Shown here one piece after another: positions 22,184-32,396 of a stretch of DNA of 64,000 bases. The notes beneath the pieces are model-generated. The model was not told the DNA's origin, searched no databases, and saw only the letters and a list, made by a program, of their open reading frames with translations. Within the stretch, counting starts at the first letter, position 1. Each line of letters opens with the position of its first letter. Position numbers and translations under genes: made by a program. The DNA is from an uncultured Gemmatimonadaceae bacterium (GTDB taxonomy: Bacteria > Gemmatimonadota > Gemmatimonadetes > Gemmatimonadales > Gemmatimonadaceae), in assembly GCA_963829055.1 (NCBI GenBank), contig CAWHHI010000016.1, positions 224,001 through 288,000 of the forward strand. Reading direction: 5' to 3'.

Positions 22184-24511
22184 ATGGCTAGCACCGCCCG
22201 GCTCGACGAGCTGAAGAAAAAATTCGACGAGAACCCGCGACGCTACTTCGCCCCACTGGCGAACGAGCACCGCAAGTCCGGTGATCTGGACCAGGCAATC
22301 TCGCTCTGTCGAGCCCATCTTCCGCTGCAACCCGCGCACATCAGCGGTCATATCGTTCTCGCCCAGGCCTTGTTCGAGGCCGGGAGCGTCGATGAGTCTC
22401 GCGACATCTTCCTCGCTGCTCTCGGACTCGATCCCGAGAACCTGATCGCGCTTCGCTACCTCGGCGACATCGCACGGGAAACGAACGATGTGGACACGGC
22501 ACGTTCCTGGTACCAGCGCGTGCTCGAAGTTGATCCGCGCAACGACGAGATCGTGCAGATGGTTCGCGACCTCGATGCGCCGCGACCAGTCGTCGCCGAG
22601 CCGGACGTCGCGCCCGAGCCAGAAGCTGCTACACCGACCTCCGTCGCACCGGTACCGCAGACTCCGCTGGCGGAAGATCCGCGTTACGCGCCGTTGTCGA
22701 TGGAGAACTTCGAAGTCGGCGCAGAAGACCACGCGCAGTCAGACGCTGCACCGACGGTAGACCTGCCGATGCTCGACACGGCGGACATCGATCCATTCGA
22801 TCTGCATCCGTCGGCGAGCGCGGAATCACTCTTCGAGGTGGCCCCAGACGCGGCCAGCGAAGACTTCTTCCTCACCGAGCTGTCGGGCGTGGACGCGCAC
22901 GAAGACGTGGGCGAACCGGCCGAAGCGCAGTCGGACAACGTGTGGTCAACCGCGCCTGCCGAGGCGCCGCCGGCAGCGCCATCGCCTGCTGCCGAAACAG
23001 AAGCCGCAGCGTTCGAAGAGGGAGCATTCTACGTCGACGAGGCGCCCGGCGTGCCCGCGGGTGCGAACGAGCCATCGTCGGTGCATGCGCCGAACGCCGA
23101 AGAGGCTGCGACGATCACGGCGTCAGCGACGCCGGTCGTGCACGCCGCTCCAATCGACGACGAAGCGTTCGACGCGTTTGAAGTGCCGTCCGCCGAAGCA
23201 ACGGAGGTCGTGCATAACGCCGAAGCCGTCCAGATGGCCGAAGGCGCGCATAACGCGGACGCTGATAGTCACAGGGACAGCGATCATAACGCGGAAGCGA
23301 TGGCGCTGTTCGCGGACAGCGACACCGCCGAGTCGCAACTGCCTGCGGGGGCTGTCGACGAAGCGTTCGGGCTCGAAGTCATGGAGTTCGTGCCGCCGTC
23401 GAGCGGACTGCCGTCGGCCGTCGGCGAGCTCACGTCCGCTCACGAGTTGTCGAGCGATGCCGACCCGTTGGTTGGCCGCAACCCGGAGCTGGCGTCGGTC
23501 GAGCAGGCGAGTACACCTGCCGCGTTCGTGACGGAGACGATGGCGGAGCTGTACCTGCAGCAGGGATTCAGGAACGAAGCGCTCGCGGTGTATCGCGAGT
23601 TGCTGGCGCGCAACCCGACGGACGCGAGCTTGCGTGAGCGCGTCGAGCAGATCGAGAACGGTTCCATGTCGAGCATCGGCATGGCCACGCTCTCGGAGAA
23701 CGTCGTCGACTCCGCGCTCAAGCGACAGGCGGGCCGCTCGTCGCGTTCCGTCCGGTCGTTCTTCGCTTCGCTCGCCAGCCGGCGGGCGCCACGGAGCGCG
23801 GGGCACGAGCACGAGCCGGCCGACGCGAGTTCCACCGAGCCAGAGGCGTTCGACGTCGAGCAGACTGACACGTCCGAGGCGGTGGCCATGTCCGATCTCG
23901 CGCAGCCGTCCGAGCCGGCCGCGGAGATCGTTCAACCGGCCGAGCCGCAGCGCGTCACTCAGCTGTCGGCGGCGGAGACGTTGGCGTCGTTCGACCCCTT
24001 CGCGGACACGATGGAAATGCCGACGGAACCGTCCGCCATGCCGAACTCCGTCGCGCCTAACGCCACGCCGGCCGAGGAATCGAGTGTCGTGCCGGAAATC
24101 GACTACGTAGCCGAGTCGTTCGCTCCGCCAACGGCGGAAGCCGAACCGACGGCGGCGGGCCGCTCGCTCGAGGACCTGTTCCCGGACACGCCAGTCACGC
24201 CACGCACCGAGGCGGCCGCCCAGGCATTCGCGACGGCGTTTGGGCGCGATGAGCCGCAAGGTCGTCCGACGCGCGCGGCGAGCAACGAGCTATCGCTCGA
24301 TCACGTCTTCCGTGGTGCGCCAGAGGGCGGTCCGCCGGCGGACGGCGGCTTCTCCTTCGACCAGTTCTTCTCCGATTCGCGGCCCGCGGGCGGTGGCGAC
24401 GTCGCAGCGGCCCCGATCTCGGCGCCACATCACGGGCGCGGTGGGCCGCCGAACGACGCGCACGACATCGAACAGTTCACCGCCTGGCTCGAAGGCCTCA
24501 AGAAGAAGTGA
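22184..24511 (+). CDS. TPR protein with long acidic linker
   Basis: N-terminal TPRs (FAPLANEHRKSG), internal TETMAELYLQQG TPR, C-terminal FTAWLEGLKKK. Confidence 0.8.
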   Translation: MASTARLDELKKKFDENPRRYFAPLANEHRKSGDLDQAISLCRAHLPLQPAHISGHIVLAQALFEAGSVDESRDIFLAALGLDPENLIALRYLGDIARETNDVDTARSWYQRVLEVDPRNDEIVQMVRDLDAPRPVVAEPDVAPEPEAATPTSVAPVPQTPLAEDPRYAPLSMENFEVGAEDHAQSDAAPTVDLPMLDTADIDPFDLHPSASAESLFEVAPDAASEDFFLTELSGVDAHEDVGEPAEAQSDNVWSTAPAEAPPAAPSPAAETEAAAFEEGAFYVDEAPGVPAGANEPSSVHAPNAEEAATITASATPVVHAAPIDDEAFDAFEVPSAEATEVVHNAEAVQMAEGAHNADADSHRDSDHNAEAMALFADSDTAESQLPAGAVDEAFGLEVMEFVPPSSGLPSAVGELTSAHELSSDADPLVGRNPELASVEQASTPAAFVTETMAELYLQQGFRNEALAVYRELLARNPTDASLRERVEQIENGSMSSIGMATLSENVVDSALKRQAGRSSRSVRSFFASLASRRAPRSAGHEHEPADASSTEPEAFDVEQTDTSEAVAMSDLAQPSEPAAEIVQPAEPQRVTQLSAAETLASFDPFADTMEMPTEPSAMPNSVAPNATPAEESSVVPEIDYVAESFAPPTAEAEPTAAGRSLEDLFPDTPVTPRTEAAAQAFATAFGRDEPQGRPTRAASNELSLDHVFRGAPEGGPPADGGFSFDQFFSDSRPAGGGDVAAAPISAPHHGRGGPPNDAHDIEQFTAWLEGLKKK

Positions 24512-24948
24512 GGATCGCTGTCCTCAACGGGCCGAACCTGAATCTGCTCGGCACACGCGAACCGGCGATCTACGGCAGCACAACGCTGGCGCAGATCGAG
24601 GCGCGGCTGCGCGACGTGGGGCGCGAGCTCCACGTCGACGTCGAGTGCCAGCAGCATAACGGGGAAGGCGCGCTGATCGACGCGATCCAGGCGCTCCGCG
24701 GAAACACGGACGCGGCGATCATCAACGCCGGCGCGTACAGCCACACGAGCCTGGCGATTCGCGATGCGTTCGCGGCCGTGGAGATACCGTTCGTGGAAGT
24801 GCACCTAACGAACATCTACGCGCGCGAGCCCGAGCGTCGTCACTCGACGTTGGCGTCGGGCGCGCGTGCGGTTCTCGTCGGCTTCGGCGCTGTGGGCTAC
24901 GAGCTCGCCCTCCGCGGCCTCGCCGCGACGCTGCCGTCGCGTGTCTGA
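24508..24948 (+). CDS. aroQ: Type II 3-dehydroquinate dehydratase
   Basis: LNGPNLNLLGTREPAIYG, INAGAYSHTS and EVHLTN motifs. Confidence 0.96.
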   Translation: MRIAVLNGPNLNLLGTREPAIYGSTTLAQIEARLRDVGRELHVDVECQQHNGEGALIDAIQALRGNTDAAIINAGAYSHTSLAIRDAFAAVEIPFVEVHLTNIYAREPERRHSTLASGARAVLVGFGAVGYELALRGLAATLPSRV

Positions 24949-26029
24949 TCGACGCGCCCAGCGCCTCGCCGCGCTCGTCGATTCGCTGAGCGTCGCCCAT
25001 CTCGATGGGCTGCTCGTCACGAGCCTGCCGAGCATCCGCTACCTCACCGGCTTTTCGGGTACGAGCGCGCTGTTGTTCGTCAGCGCCCGTGACGTCCTGC
25101 TGATCACGGACTTCCGCTATCAGACCCAGGTGCGCACCGAGGTCGGCGATCTCGCGCGCGTCGCTGTCGAAGGACAGAGCCTGTGGTCGGGGCTGTGGCA
25201 GTTTCTCGCGCACGCGCCGTACGTGGAGGTGGCCGGCTTCGAATCCGCGCACCTCATGCATCGCGATTTTCAGCGTCTGGTCGAAGCCGGCCCACGACCG
25301 CGATGGCGCGCGACGACCGATCTCGTGGAGGCCCTGCGCGAACGCAAAGACGCTGACGAGGTCGAGCAGATTCGCGAGGCTGCCGCGATGGCGACGGGCG
25401 CACTCGAGAAGACGCTCCCGGCGATTCGTGTGGGCATGACGGAGCTCGAGGTTGCCGGCGTGCTCGAGAAGTGTCTTCGCGACGCAGGAAGCGAGGCGTT
25501 CCCGTTTCCGTCGATTGTCGCGTCGGGTGAGCGATCCGCGCTCCCGCACGCGCGATCGTCTTCGCGGCGAATCGGTGACGGTGAGTTTCTCCTCATGGAT
25601 TTTGGCGCCGCCTCGAACGGATACTGTGCCAATGTCACCCGTACAGTAGTCATTGGGAAAGCAACCGATGAGCAGCGTGCCGTCTACGCTGTGGTACGGC
25701 AGGCGAACGAGCTGGCTGCAGGCGAGGTCCGTGCTGGATTACGGGGGCGAGAGGCGGATGCGCTCGCGCGTGACTACATTGAGCGCTGTGGGTACGGTGA
25801 GGAGTTCGGCCACGGGCTCGGGCACGGGTTAGGGATCGAAGTGCACGAAGCTCCGCGGCTCGCACGGACTGCCGATGGAGTGTTGTCGTCTGGCGCGGTC
25901 GTAACGATCGAGCCGGGCATCTATCGGCCGGGCTGGGGAGGCGTTCGCATCGAGGATGACGTGCACCTCGCGGCGGATGGTCCCGAGCTCCTCACGCAGT
26001 TCACCCACGAGCTTCTGGAGCTCGCGTGA
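24941..26029 (+). CDS. Xaa-Pro aminopeptidase (M24 family)
   Basis: YLTGFSG, TDFRY, HGLGHGLGIEVHE, TIEPGIY and GVRIEDD motifs. Confidence 0.92.
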   Translation: MSDRRAQRLAALVDSLSVAHLDGLLVTSLPSIRYLTGFSGTSALLFVSARDVLLITDFRYQTQVRTEVGDLARVAVEGQSLWSGLWQFLAHAPYVEVAGFESAHLMHRDFQRLVEAGPRPRWRATTDLVEALRERKDADEVEQIREAAAMATGALEKTLPAIRVGMTELEVAGVLEKCLRDAGSEAFPFPSIVASGERSALPHARSSSRRIGDGEFLLMDFGAASNGYCANVTRTVVIGKATDEQRAVYAVVRQANELAAGEVRAGLRGREADALARDYIERCGYGEEFGHGLGHGLGIEVHEAPRLARTADGVLSSGAVVTIEPGIYRPGWGGVRIEDDVHLAADGPELLTQFTHELLELA

Positions 26030-26061
26030 ACCCGGAAGGGAGCCACTCGTCCATTAGGGAT

Positions 26062-26574
26062 ATGATCGACTTACGCTACGTCAAGAAGCTCATCGAGATG
26101 ATGGATGGATCCTCTGTCGATTCGGTGGAGATCACCAGCGACAAGGGCATGAAGATCCGTATCTCGAAGACACCGCAGCAGCGCGGCACGGTGCAGATCC
26201 CAACGCCTGTGCCAATGCCCGCGCTTCTTCCGGCGGCCGTGCCGACGCAGTCCCGCACGACGCCGGCGGATGGCATGCCTTCGGTGTCGGAGAGCGAGGC
26301 GCCGCCGCGTGCGGAGGCGCCCAAGACGAAGCTGTTGGAAGTGAAATCGCCGATGGTCGGCACGTACTACGGAGCGCCGGAACCGGGCGCGAAGCCGTAC
26401 GTCGCTGTGGGTTCCCGGATCGCCAAGGGACAGATCCTCTGCATCATCGAGGCGATGAAGATCATGAACGAGATCGAGTCGGAGTTCTCTGGCGTCGTCA
26501 CGGAAGTCGCGGCTCAGGACGCGCACCCCGTCGAGTACGGGCAAGTGCTCTTCAGGATAGATCCCAATGGCTAA
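26062..26574 (+). CDS. accB: Acetyl-CoA carboxylase biotin carboxyl carrier protein
   Basis: KSPMVGT and IIEAMKIMNEI biotinylation motif. Confidence 0.95.
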   Translation: MIDLRYVKKLIEMMDGSSVDSVEITSDKGMKIRISKTPQQRGTVQIPTPVPMPALLPAAVPTQSRTTPADGMPSVSESEAPPRAEAPKTKLLEVKSPMVGTYYGAPEPGAKPYVAVGSRIAKGQILCIIEAMKIMNEIESEFSGVVTEVAAQDAHPVEYGQVLFRIDPNG

Positions 26575-27739
26575 TCCGGTCGTGCAGGACCAGGAAGCGG
26601 CAGCACCACAACCGCGTGCCGCGTTCAACTTCAAGGCGATCCTGCAGCAGATGGTGCAGCTGAACGCCTCCGACCTTCACCTGAAGGTCGGGCGTCCACC
26701 AACGCTTCGCGTGAACGGAGACCTGTCGCCGCTTCCGTTGCCGGCGCTCCGCCCCGAGGACCTCACGGCCCTCGCGAAAGAGCTGATGACGCCGAAGCAG
26801 GTGAAGGAATTCAGCGAGTATCGCGAGGCGGACTTCGCGACCGGCGTCCCGGGCATCGGGCGCTTCCGCGTCAACGCCTATCAGCAGCGCGGGACCATCG
26901 CGTTCGCGCTCCGAACCATCCCGCACACCGCGAAGACGGTCGGTGAGTTGAACCTGCCGGCTGTCGTCGAGGAGATCTCGATGCGTCCGCGCGGGCTCGT
27001 GCTCGTCACGGGCATCACCGGTTCCGGCAAGTCGACGGCGTTGGCGTCGATGATCCAGCACGTCAACGAGCGCCGCTACGCGAACATCATCACGATCGAA
27101 GATCCGATCGAGTTCCTGCACCGCGACAACCGCTGCCACATCAATCAGCGCGAGGTCGGAACGGACACCGGCAGCTTCGCGCAGGCGTTGCGCCGCGTGC
27201 TGCGTCAGGATCCCGACGTCATTCTGCTCGGTGAGATTCGAGACCTCGATACGCTCGAGACGGCGCTCAAGGCCGCCGACACGGGCCACCTCGTGTTCTC
27301 CACGCTGCACACGACGGACGCGACGCAGACGATCAACCGCGTGCTGTCCTTCTACCCGCCTCACCAGCAGTCGGAAGTCCGCTTCGCGCTGTCGACGGCG
27401 CTGGCCGCGGTCATCTCGCTCCGACTGGTGCCGCGCGCCGACCGACCAGGCCGCGTGCCCGCAGCCGAAGTGCTGATCAACACTGCTGCGGTGCGCGAGC
27501 AGATTCGCGATCTCAACGCGACGCTCAACATTCCGGACCTGATCAAGGAAGGACAGTCGCAGTACGGGATGCAGAGCTTCGACCAGTCGCTCATGCAGTG
27601 GTACACGAAGGGGGTCATCTCGTACGAGAGCGCCCTGTTCTACGCCAGCAATCCGAGCGAGTTCGCTCTGCGCGTGCAAGGCGTGGCCGGGTCCAGCGAC
27701 ACGAGCTGGGACGGATTCCAGACCGGGACGGCGCCGTGA
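26567..27739 (+). CDS. PilT/PilU-family type IV pilus retraction ATPase
   Basis: ASDLHL, RFRVNAY, GITGSGKST, TIEDPIE, LRQDPDVILLGEIRD, GHLVFSTLHT, GMQSFDQ; AIRNLIRE replaced by AVREQIRD. Confidence 0.92.
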   Translation: MANPVVQDQEAAAPQPRAAFNFKAILQQMVQLNASDLHLKVGRPPTLRVNGDLSPLPLPALRPEDLTALAKELMTPKQVKEFSEYREADFATGVPGIGRFRVNAYQQRGTIAFALRTIPHTAKTVGELNLPAVVEEISMRPRGLVLVTGITGSGKSTALASMIQHVNERRYANIITIEDPIEFLHRDNRCHINQREVGTDTGSFAQALRRVLRQDPDVILLGEIRDLDTLETALKAADTGHLVFSTLHTTDATQTINRVLSFYPPHQQSEVRFALSTALAAVISLRLVPRADRPGRVPAAEVLINTAAVREQIRDLNATLNIPDLIKEGQSQYGMQSFDQSLMQWYTKGVISYESALFYASNPSEFALRVQGVAGSSDTSWDGFQTGTAP

Positions 27740-27868
27740 GTTGAACGCGCCCCGGCGCCGCTGCATGTTCTGGATCCACCTGATCACTGCGAACCGACTG
27801 CCGTCGAGCGTAAGTTTACCGCTCGCGGCGCACTCGGCCGCTTACCACCAGGCCGACGGCTCCGCTGC

Positions 27869-29225
27869 ATGTTCAAGAAAATTCTGATCGCGAATCGGGG
27901 AGAGATCGCGCTCCGCGTCATCCGTGCCTGCCGCGAGCTCGGTATCGAGACCGTGGCCGTGTACTCGGAGGCTGACCGCGAGTCGCTCCATGTACGCTTC
28001 GCCGATGACGACGTGTGCATCGGCCCGCCGCCAGCGCGCGATTCCTATCTCAAGATTCCGCGACTGATCGCGGCGGCCGAGATCACCGGCGCCGACGCGA
28101 TCCACCCGGGCTACGGCTTCCTGGCGGAGAATGCGGAATTCGCAGAAACGTGTCAGGCGTCGAACATCATGTTCATCGGCCCGACGGCCGAACAGATCCG
28201 CGTGATGGGCGACAAGGCATCGGCGCGCGCGGCAATGGCCGCCGTTGGCGTCCCGATCATTCCTGGGCACACCGGGGCCCGTCGAGGACTCCGACGAGGC
28301 GCTGGGCTTCGCGCGCGAGATCGGATTTCCCGTCATCATCAAGGCGGCAGCCGGCGGCGGCGGCAAGGGCATGCGCGTCGCGAAGGACGCAGACGACTTC
28401 GCGCGGTCGTTTCAGCTCGCCCGATCCGAAGCGCTATCGGCGTTCGGCAACGGCGACGTCTATGTCGAGAAGTACCTCTCGCGGCCGCGCCACGTGGAGT
28501 TCCAGATCCTCGGCGATCGGCACGGCAACGTGATTCATCTCGGTGAGCGCGACTGCTCCGTGCAACGACGCCACCAGAAGCTGATCGAGGAAGCGCCGAG
28601 TCCCGCGGTGACGCCGGATCTGCGACAGCGGATGGGCGATGCGGCAGTCCGCGGCGCGAAGGCAATCGACTACGTCGGAGCGGGAACGATCGAGATGCTG
28701 CTCGACGAGGATGGCTCGTTCTTCTTCATGGAGATGAACACGCGCATCCAGGTCGAGCATCCGGTGACCGAGATGCTGACGGGGATCGATCTCGTGAAGG
28801 AGCAGATTCGCGTAGCGGCCGGTGAGCCGTTGTCGGTACTCGAGCTGCCAGTGCTCCGGGGCCATGTGGTCGAGTGTCGCATCAATGCCGAAGATCCGAG
28901 CCGGAACTTCCAGCCGTCACCGGGCAAGATCGAGGCGTTCCATCCGCCCGGCGGGCCCGGCGTGCGTCTCGATACACACGTGTACGCGGGCTACACCGTG
29001 CCTCCGTATTACGACTCGCTGCTGGCGAAGCTCATCTGCCAGGGGCGCGATCGTGAAGAGGCCATCACGCGCATGCGCGTCGCGCTCGACAGCTTCATCA
29101 TCGAGGGGGTCACGACCACTGCGCCGTTCCTCGGCCGCGTGATGGAGCATCCGAAGTTCCGCGCCGGGGATGTCGACACGAAGTTTCTCGAGCGCGAAAG
29201 TCAGCTCATGAAGGAGCCGACGTAG
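27869..29225 (+). CDS. accC: Acetyl-CoA carboxylase biotin carboxylase (frameshift at ~28266)
   Basis: [24 protein letters not shown], then [17 protein letters not shown] and YDSLLAK in the next frame; extra G in a GGG run. Confidence 0.95.
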
Positions 29226-29972
29226 TGCGCGTCGATGTCATCTTCGGCGGCCACCGAGATGACCGCCGCGGATATTCACGGACGCGTCGTGCTCGTCATC
29301 GATGTGCTTCGTGCCTCGACGACGGTCGCTGTTGCGCTGTCAAACGGCGCCAGAGCCGTTATTCCGTTCGAGAGCTCCGATGAGGTCATCAATCGCGCCA
29401 AGCAATTCGAGCGGTCGGACGTGCTGCTGGCGGGCGAGCGGAAGATGCGCGCGATCCCCGGGTTCGACCTCGGCAACTCACCGCTCGAATACACGCGCGA
29501 GACGGTCGAAGGGAAGACCGTGTTGCTCACGACGACGAACGGCACGGTGGCCCTCGTCGGTGTGCAGGGCGCGCGCAATGTCATCGTCGCGTCGTACGTG
29601 AACTATTCCGCCGTCGCCGCGATGATCCGTGCGGCTGCGCGCGGCGCGGCGGACGTCGCGATCGTGTGCGCGGGCCGCGACCGACAGTTCGCCCTCGAGG
29701 ATGCCGCATGTGCTGGTCGATTCGCGCGGACCGTCAACCGCCGCCTCGCCAGCGTCCGTTTGAACGATGCCGCGCAGGCGTGCACATTGATCGACAAGCG
29801 TTACGGTGACGGACTGGATCGTCTATTCGAGGACTCGGAGCACGGCCGCGCACTCGCGGAAGCCGGTTTCTCGGCGGATCTCGCCGTGTGCGGTGAAGTG
29901 GATGCCCATCCGGTGATTCCGATCTACCAGGACCGCCAGATCACCAAGCTCGGACCAGACCGGGAGCGGTAA
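29225..29972 (+). CDS. comB: 2-phosphosulfolactate phosphatase family protein (frameshift near 29250)
   Basis: VIDVLRASTT, GER, FDLGNSP, TTNGT and ED motifs; GTG at 29225 gives VRVDVIFG in another frame. Confidence 0.85.
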
Positions 29973-29977
29973 GTCCC

Positions 29978-32386
29978 GTGGGTAACACGTCGCTCAAGCG
30001 CGAGATCGCCGGGATCGCGCTGCTGTTGTTTGCACTCTTTCTCGCCGGCGCGTTTCTCGTCCCGCCTGAGGCTGCGGTGTACTCGTGCACGTCGGCCCAC
30101 GGAATCTTCGGGCCGGTGGGTGCGTGTTTGCGCAGCTGGTCGCGCGACCTGATCGGCATCCCCGCCGCGCTGCTCGTCCCGCTCATTCCCGCCGTCCATG
30201 CGCTGCGGCTGTTCGGCCGCATGGAGTCGGACACGGACCGATCGTGGCTCGTGTTTCTGATCGGCGTTGTGGTCATCCTGCCGGTCGCGTTAGGCCTGGC
30301 GCGCGCGGTTCCGCCAGGCGAGCTCGATGCGGCAGCGGGGCTGTGGGGCGGGTTCTTCTCGACGTACGCGGCGAAGGCGTTCGGGACGGTCGGTGCGTGG
30401 CTGATGCTGGCGTTGGCGGGAAGTGCGCTGGCGGCGGCGACGCTGCGGTGGAACCCTATTCGAGCGATAGTGGGGCATGCGCCTTCGGCGTCGGGAATAG
30501 GGAATCGGGAATCGGGAATCGGGGCTGCTGAGCCGGTTGCTGGCGCACCTGAAAAGGCGAAACGGCGCCGCGGGAAAAAAGGCGAGCTGCTCGCTGGGAC
30601 GGCTGCCGACGTGGCGACCACGCTGGCCCCGACGCCCGAGGAGATGCCCGCGATCGATCCGACGCTCATGCGCGACAGTGAGCGTGATCGCGACGAGGCC
30701 GACGGCGACGTGGACATCCCGTTCCGTGACCGGAAGAAACGCGAAAAGAAAACCAAGGTGGACGTCGCGACGGAGCATGCAGAGCGCATCGCGGCCGAGA
30801 TCGATGCGACCGCTGTCGCGATCGACATTGCCGGCGATGAGCTGCCGCCCACTGACATTCTCACGCCGCCGCCGCCGCGCAACGTGGAGATCGGCAAGCG
30901 CGAGCTGGACCTCATGGGCTCGAAGCTCATGGACGCGCTCCGCACGTTCCGCGTGGAAGGCGAGCTCGTAGGGCGCACGACCGGGCCCGTCGTCACGCAG
31001 TACGAGATCGAGCCGGCGCCGGGCGTGAAGGTGCGGCAGTTCGCGAACCTCGCCAACGATCTCGCGCTCGCGATGCGCGCGCCGAGCATTCGCGTCGTCG
31101 CGCCGATCCCTGGGCGTGGTGCGGTCGGCGTCGAGGTGCCGAATCCGACGGCCGAGATGGTCGTGTTCCGTGAGCTGATCGAGTCGCGGGATTTCCAGAG
31201 CGCCCGCGCGGCACTGCCGATCGCGTTAGGCAAGGACCTCGAGGGCAAGCCGGTCGTCGCGGACCTCGCGAAGATGCCGCACCTGCTGATCGCTGGCGCC
31301 ACGGGATCGGGCAAATCGGTGTGCGTCAACACGCTCATCACGAGCCTCGTCTACCGCCACACGCCGCGCACGCTGCGCTTCCTGATGGTCGACCCGAAGA
31401 TGGTCGAGCTGTCGGTGTACAACGTGCTCCCGCATCTGCGCCACAAGGTGGTGACGGACAACCGCGACGCGGCGGCGACGCTCAAGTGGGCGGTGCTCGA
31501 GATGCAGGAGCGCTACGAGCTGCTGGCGGCGAATGGCGCCCGCAACATCCAGGACTTCAACCGCAAGGTCACGGAGGGCGCGAAGCTGAAGGCGCCCAAG
31601 GATCAGGCTGCGGCGCTCGGCAACCCCGACTACGTCGGTGGCATCCTGCCGTACGTCGTCGTGATCATCGACGAGCTCGCCGACCTCATGATGACGGTGC
31701 AGGGCGAGGTGGAGACGCCGCTCGCCATGCTCGCGCAGAAGGCGCGCGCGATCGGCATTCACCTCATTCTCGCGACGCAGCGGCCGAGCGTGAACGTCAT
31801 CACGGGTCTCATCAAGGCGAATTTCCCGAGCCGCATTGCGTTCCGCGTGGCGTCACAGGTCGACAGCCGCACGATTCTCGACGGGATGGGAGCAGAGTCG
31901 TTGTTAGGCAACGGTGACATGCTGTTCATCCCGCCGGGCAAGTCTGAGCCGTCGCGGCTGCAGGGTGCGTTCATCTCGAGCGAGGACACCGAGCGCCTCA
32001 TGGGATGGTACGAGGCGAAGCGCGACGCGCGCCGGGCGGCGTTGGCCGCGCAGGGACTCGTCGTGGAGGAGCCGGTGTCGACAGAGCCGGACATTCTCGA
32101 GACGATCCGCGCTCGCGAGGCAGCCGACAAGCTGGGCGACGACGATGGCGAGATCGACGATGCGGATCGCGACAAGTTGTTCCGCGAAGCGGCGGAGGTC
32201 GTGATCCAGCATCAGCAAGGCTCGACGTCGCTGCTGCAGCGTCGGCTTGGCGTTGGCTACGGACGCGCGGCGCGGATCATCGATCAGCTGCACGCGGCGG
32301 GTATTCTCGGACCGCCTAACGGGTCCAAGCCACGCGAGATTCTGAGCGGGCTCGAGGATCTCGACAGGATTTGCGGGCCACGCTGA
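29978..32386 (+). CDS. ftsK: DNA translocase FtsK
   Basis: N-terminal TM domain, PHLLIAGATGSGKS, DPKMVEL, IDELADLMM, ATQRPS, gamma domain (SLLQRRLGVGYGRAAR). Confidence 0.96.
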   Translation: MGNTSLKREIAGIALLLFALFLAGAFLVPPEAAVYSCTSAHGIFGPVGACLRSWSRDLIGIPAALLVPLIPAVHALRLFGRMESDTDRSWLVFLIGVVVILPVALGLARAVPPGELDAAAGLWGGFFSTYAAKAFGTVGAWLMLALAGSALAAATLRWNPIRAIVGHAPSASGIGNRESGIGAAEPVAGAPEKAKRRRGKKGELLAGTAADVATTLAPTPEEMPAIDPTLMRDSERDRDEADGDVDIPFRDRKKREKKTKVDVATEHAERIAAEIDATAVAIDIAGDELPPTDILTPPPPRNVEIGKRELDLMGSKLMDALRTFRVEGELVGRTTGPVVTQYEIEPAPGVKVRQFANLANDLALAMRAPSIRVVAPIPGRGAVGVEVPNPTAEMVVFRELIESRDFQSARAALPIALGKDLEGKPVVADLAKMPHLLIAGATGSGKSVCVNTLITSLVYRHTPRTLRFLMVDPKMVELSVYNVLPHLRHKVVTDNRDAAATLKWAVLEMQERYELLAANGARNIQDFNRKVTEGAKLKAPKDQAAALGNPDYVGGILPYVVVIIDELADLMMTVQGEVETPLAMLAQKARAIGIHLILATQRPSVNVITGLIKANFPSRIAFRVASQVDSRTILDGMGAESLLGNGDMLFIPPGKSEPSRLQGAFISSEDTERLMGWYEAKRDARRAALAAQGLVVEEPVSTEPDILETIRAREAADKLGDDDGEIDDADRDKLFREAAEVVIQHQQGSTSLLQRRLGVGYGRAARIIDQLHAAGILGPPNGSKPREILSGLEDLDRICGPR
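30493..30523 (+). repeat. GGGAAT(C/A) heptamer tandem array inside the ftsK linker
   Basis: GGGAATA GGGAATC GGGAATC GGGAATC GGG, encoding GIGNRESGIG. Confidence 0.85.
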
Positions 32387-32396
32387 CCGGCCGAGA

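Noticed and set aside
23213..23292. CRISPR-like regularly spaced repeat
   Set aside because: Repeat is only 8 bp, in frame within a protein, and no cas genes are present
29225..29972. Coenzyme M biosynthesis implied by comB
   Set aside because: No other com genes; ComB-family phosphatases are widespread orphans in bacteria
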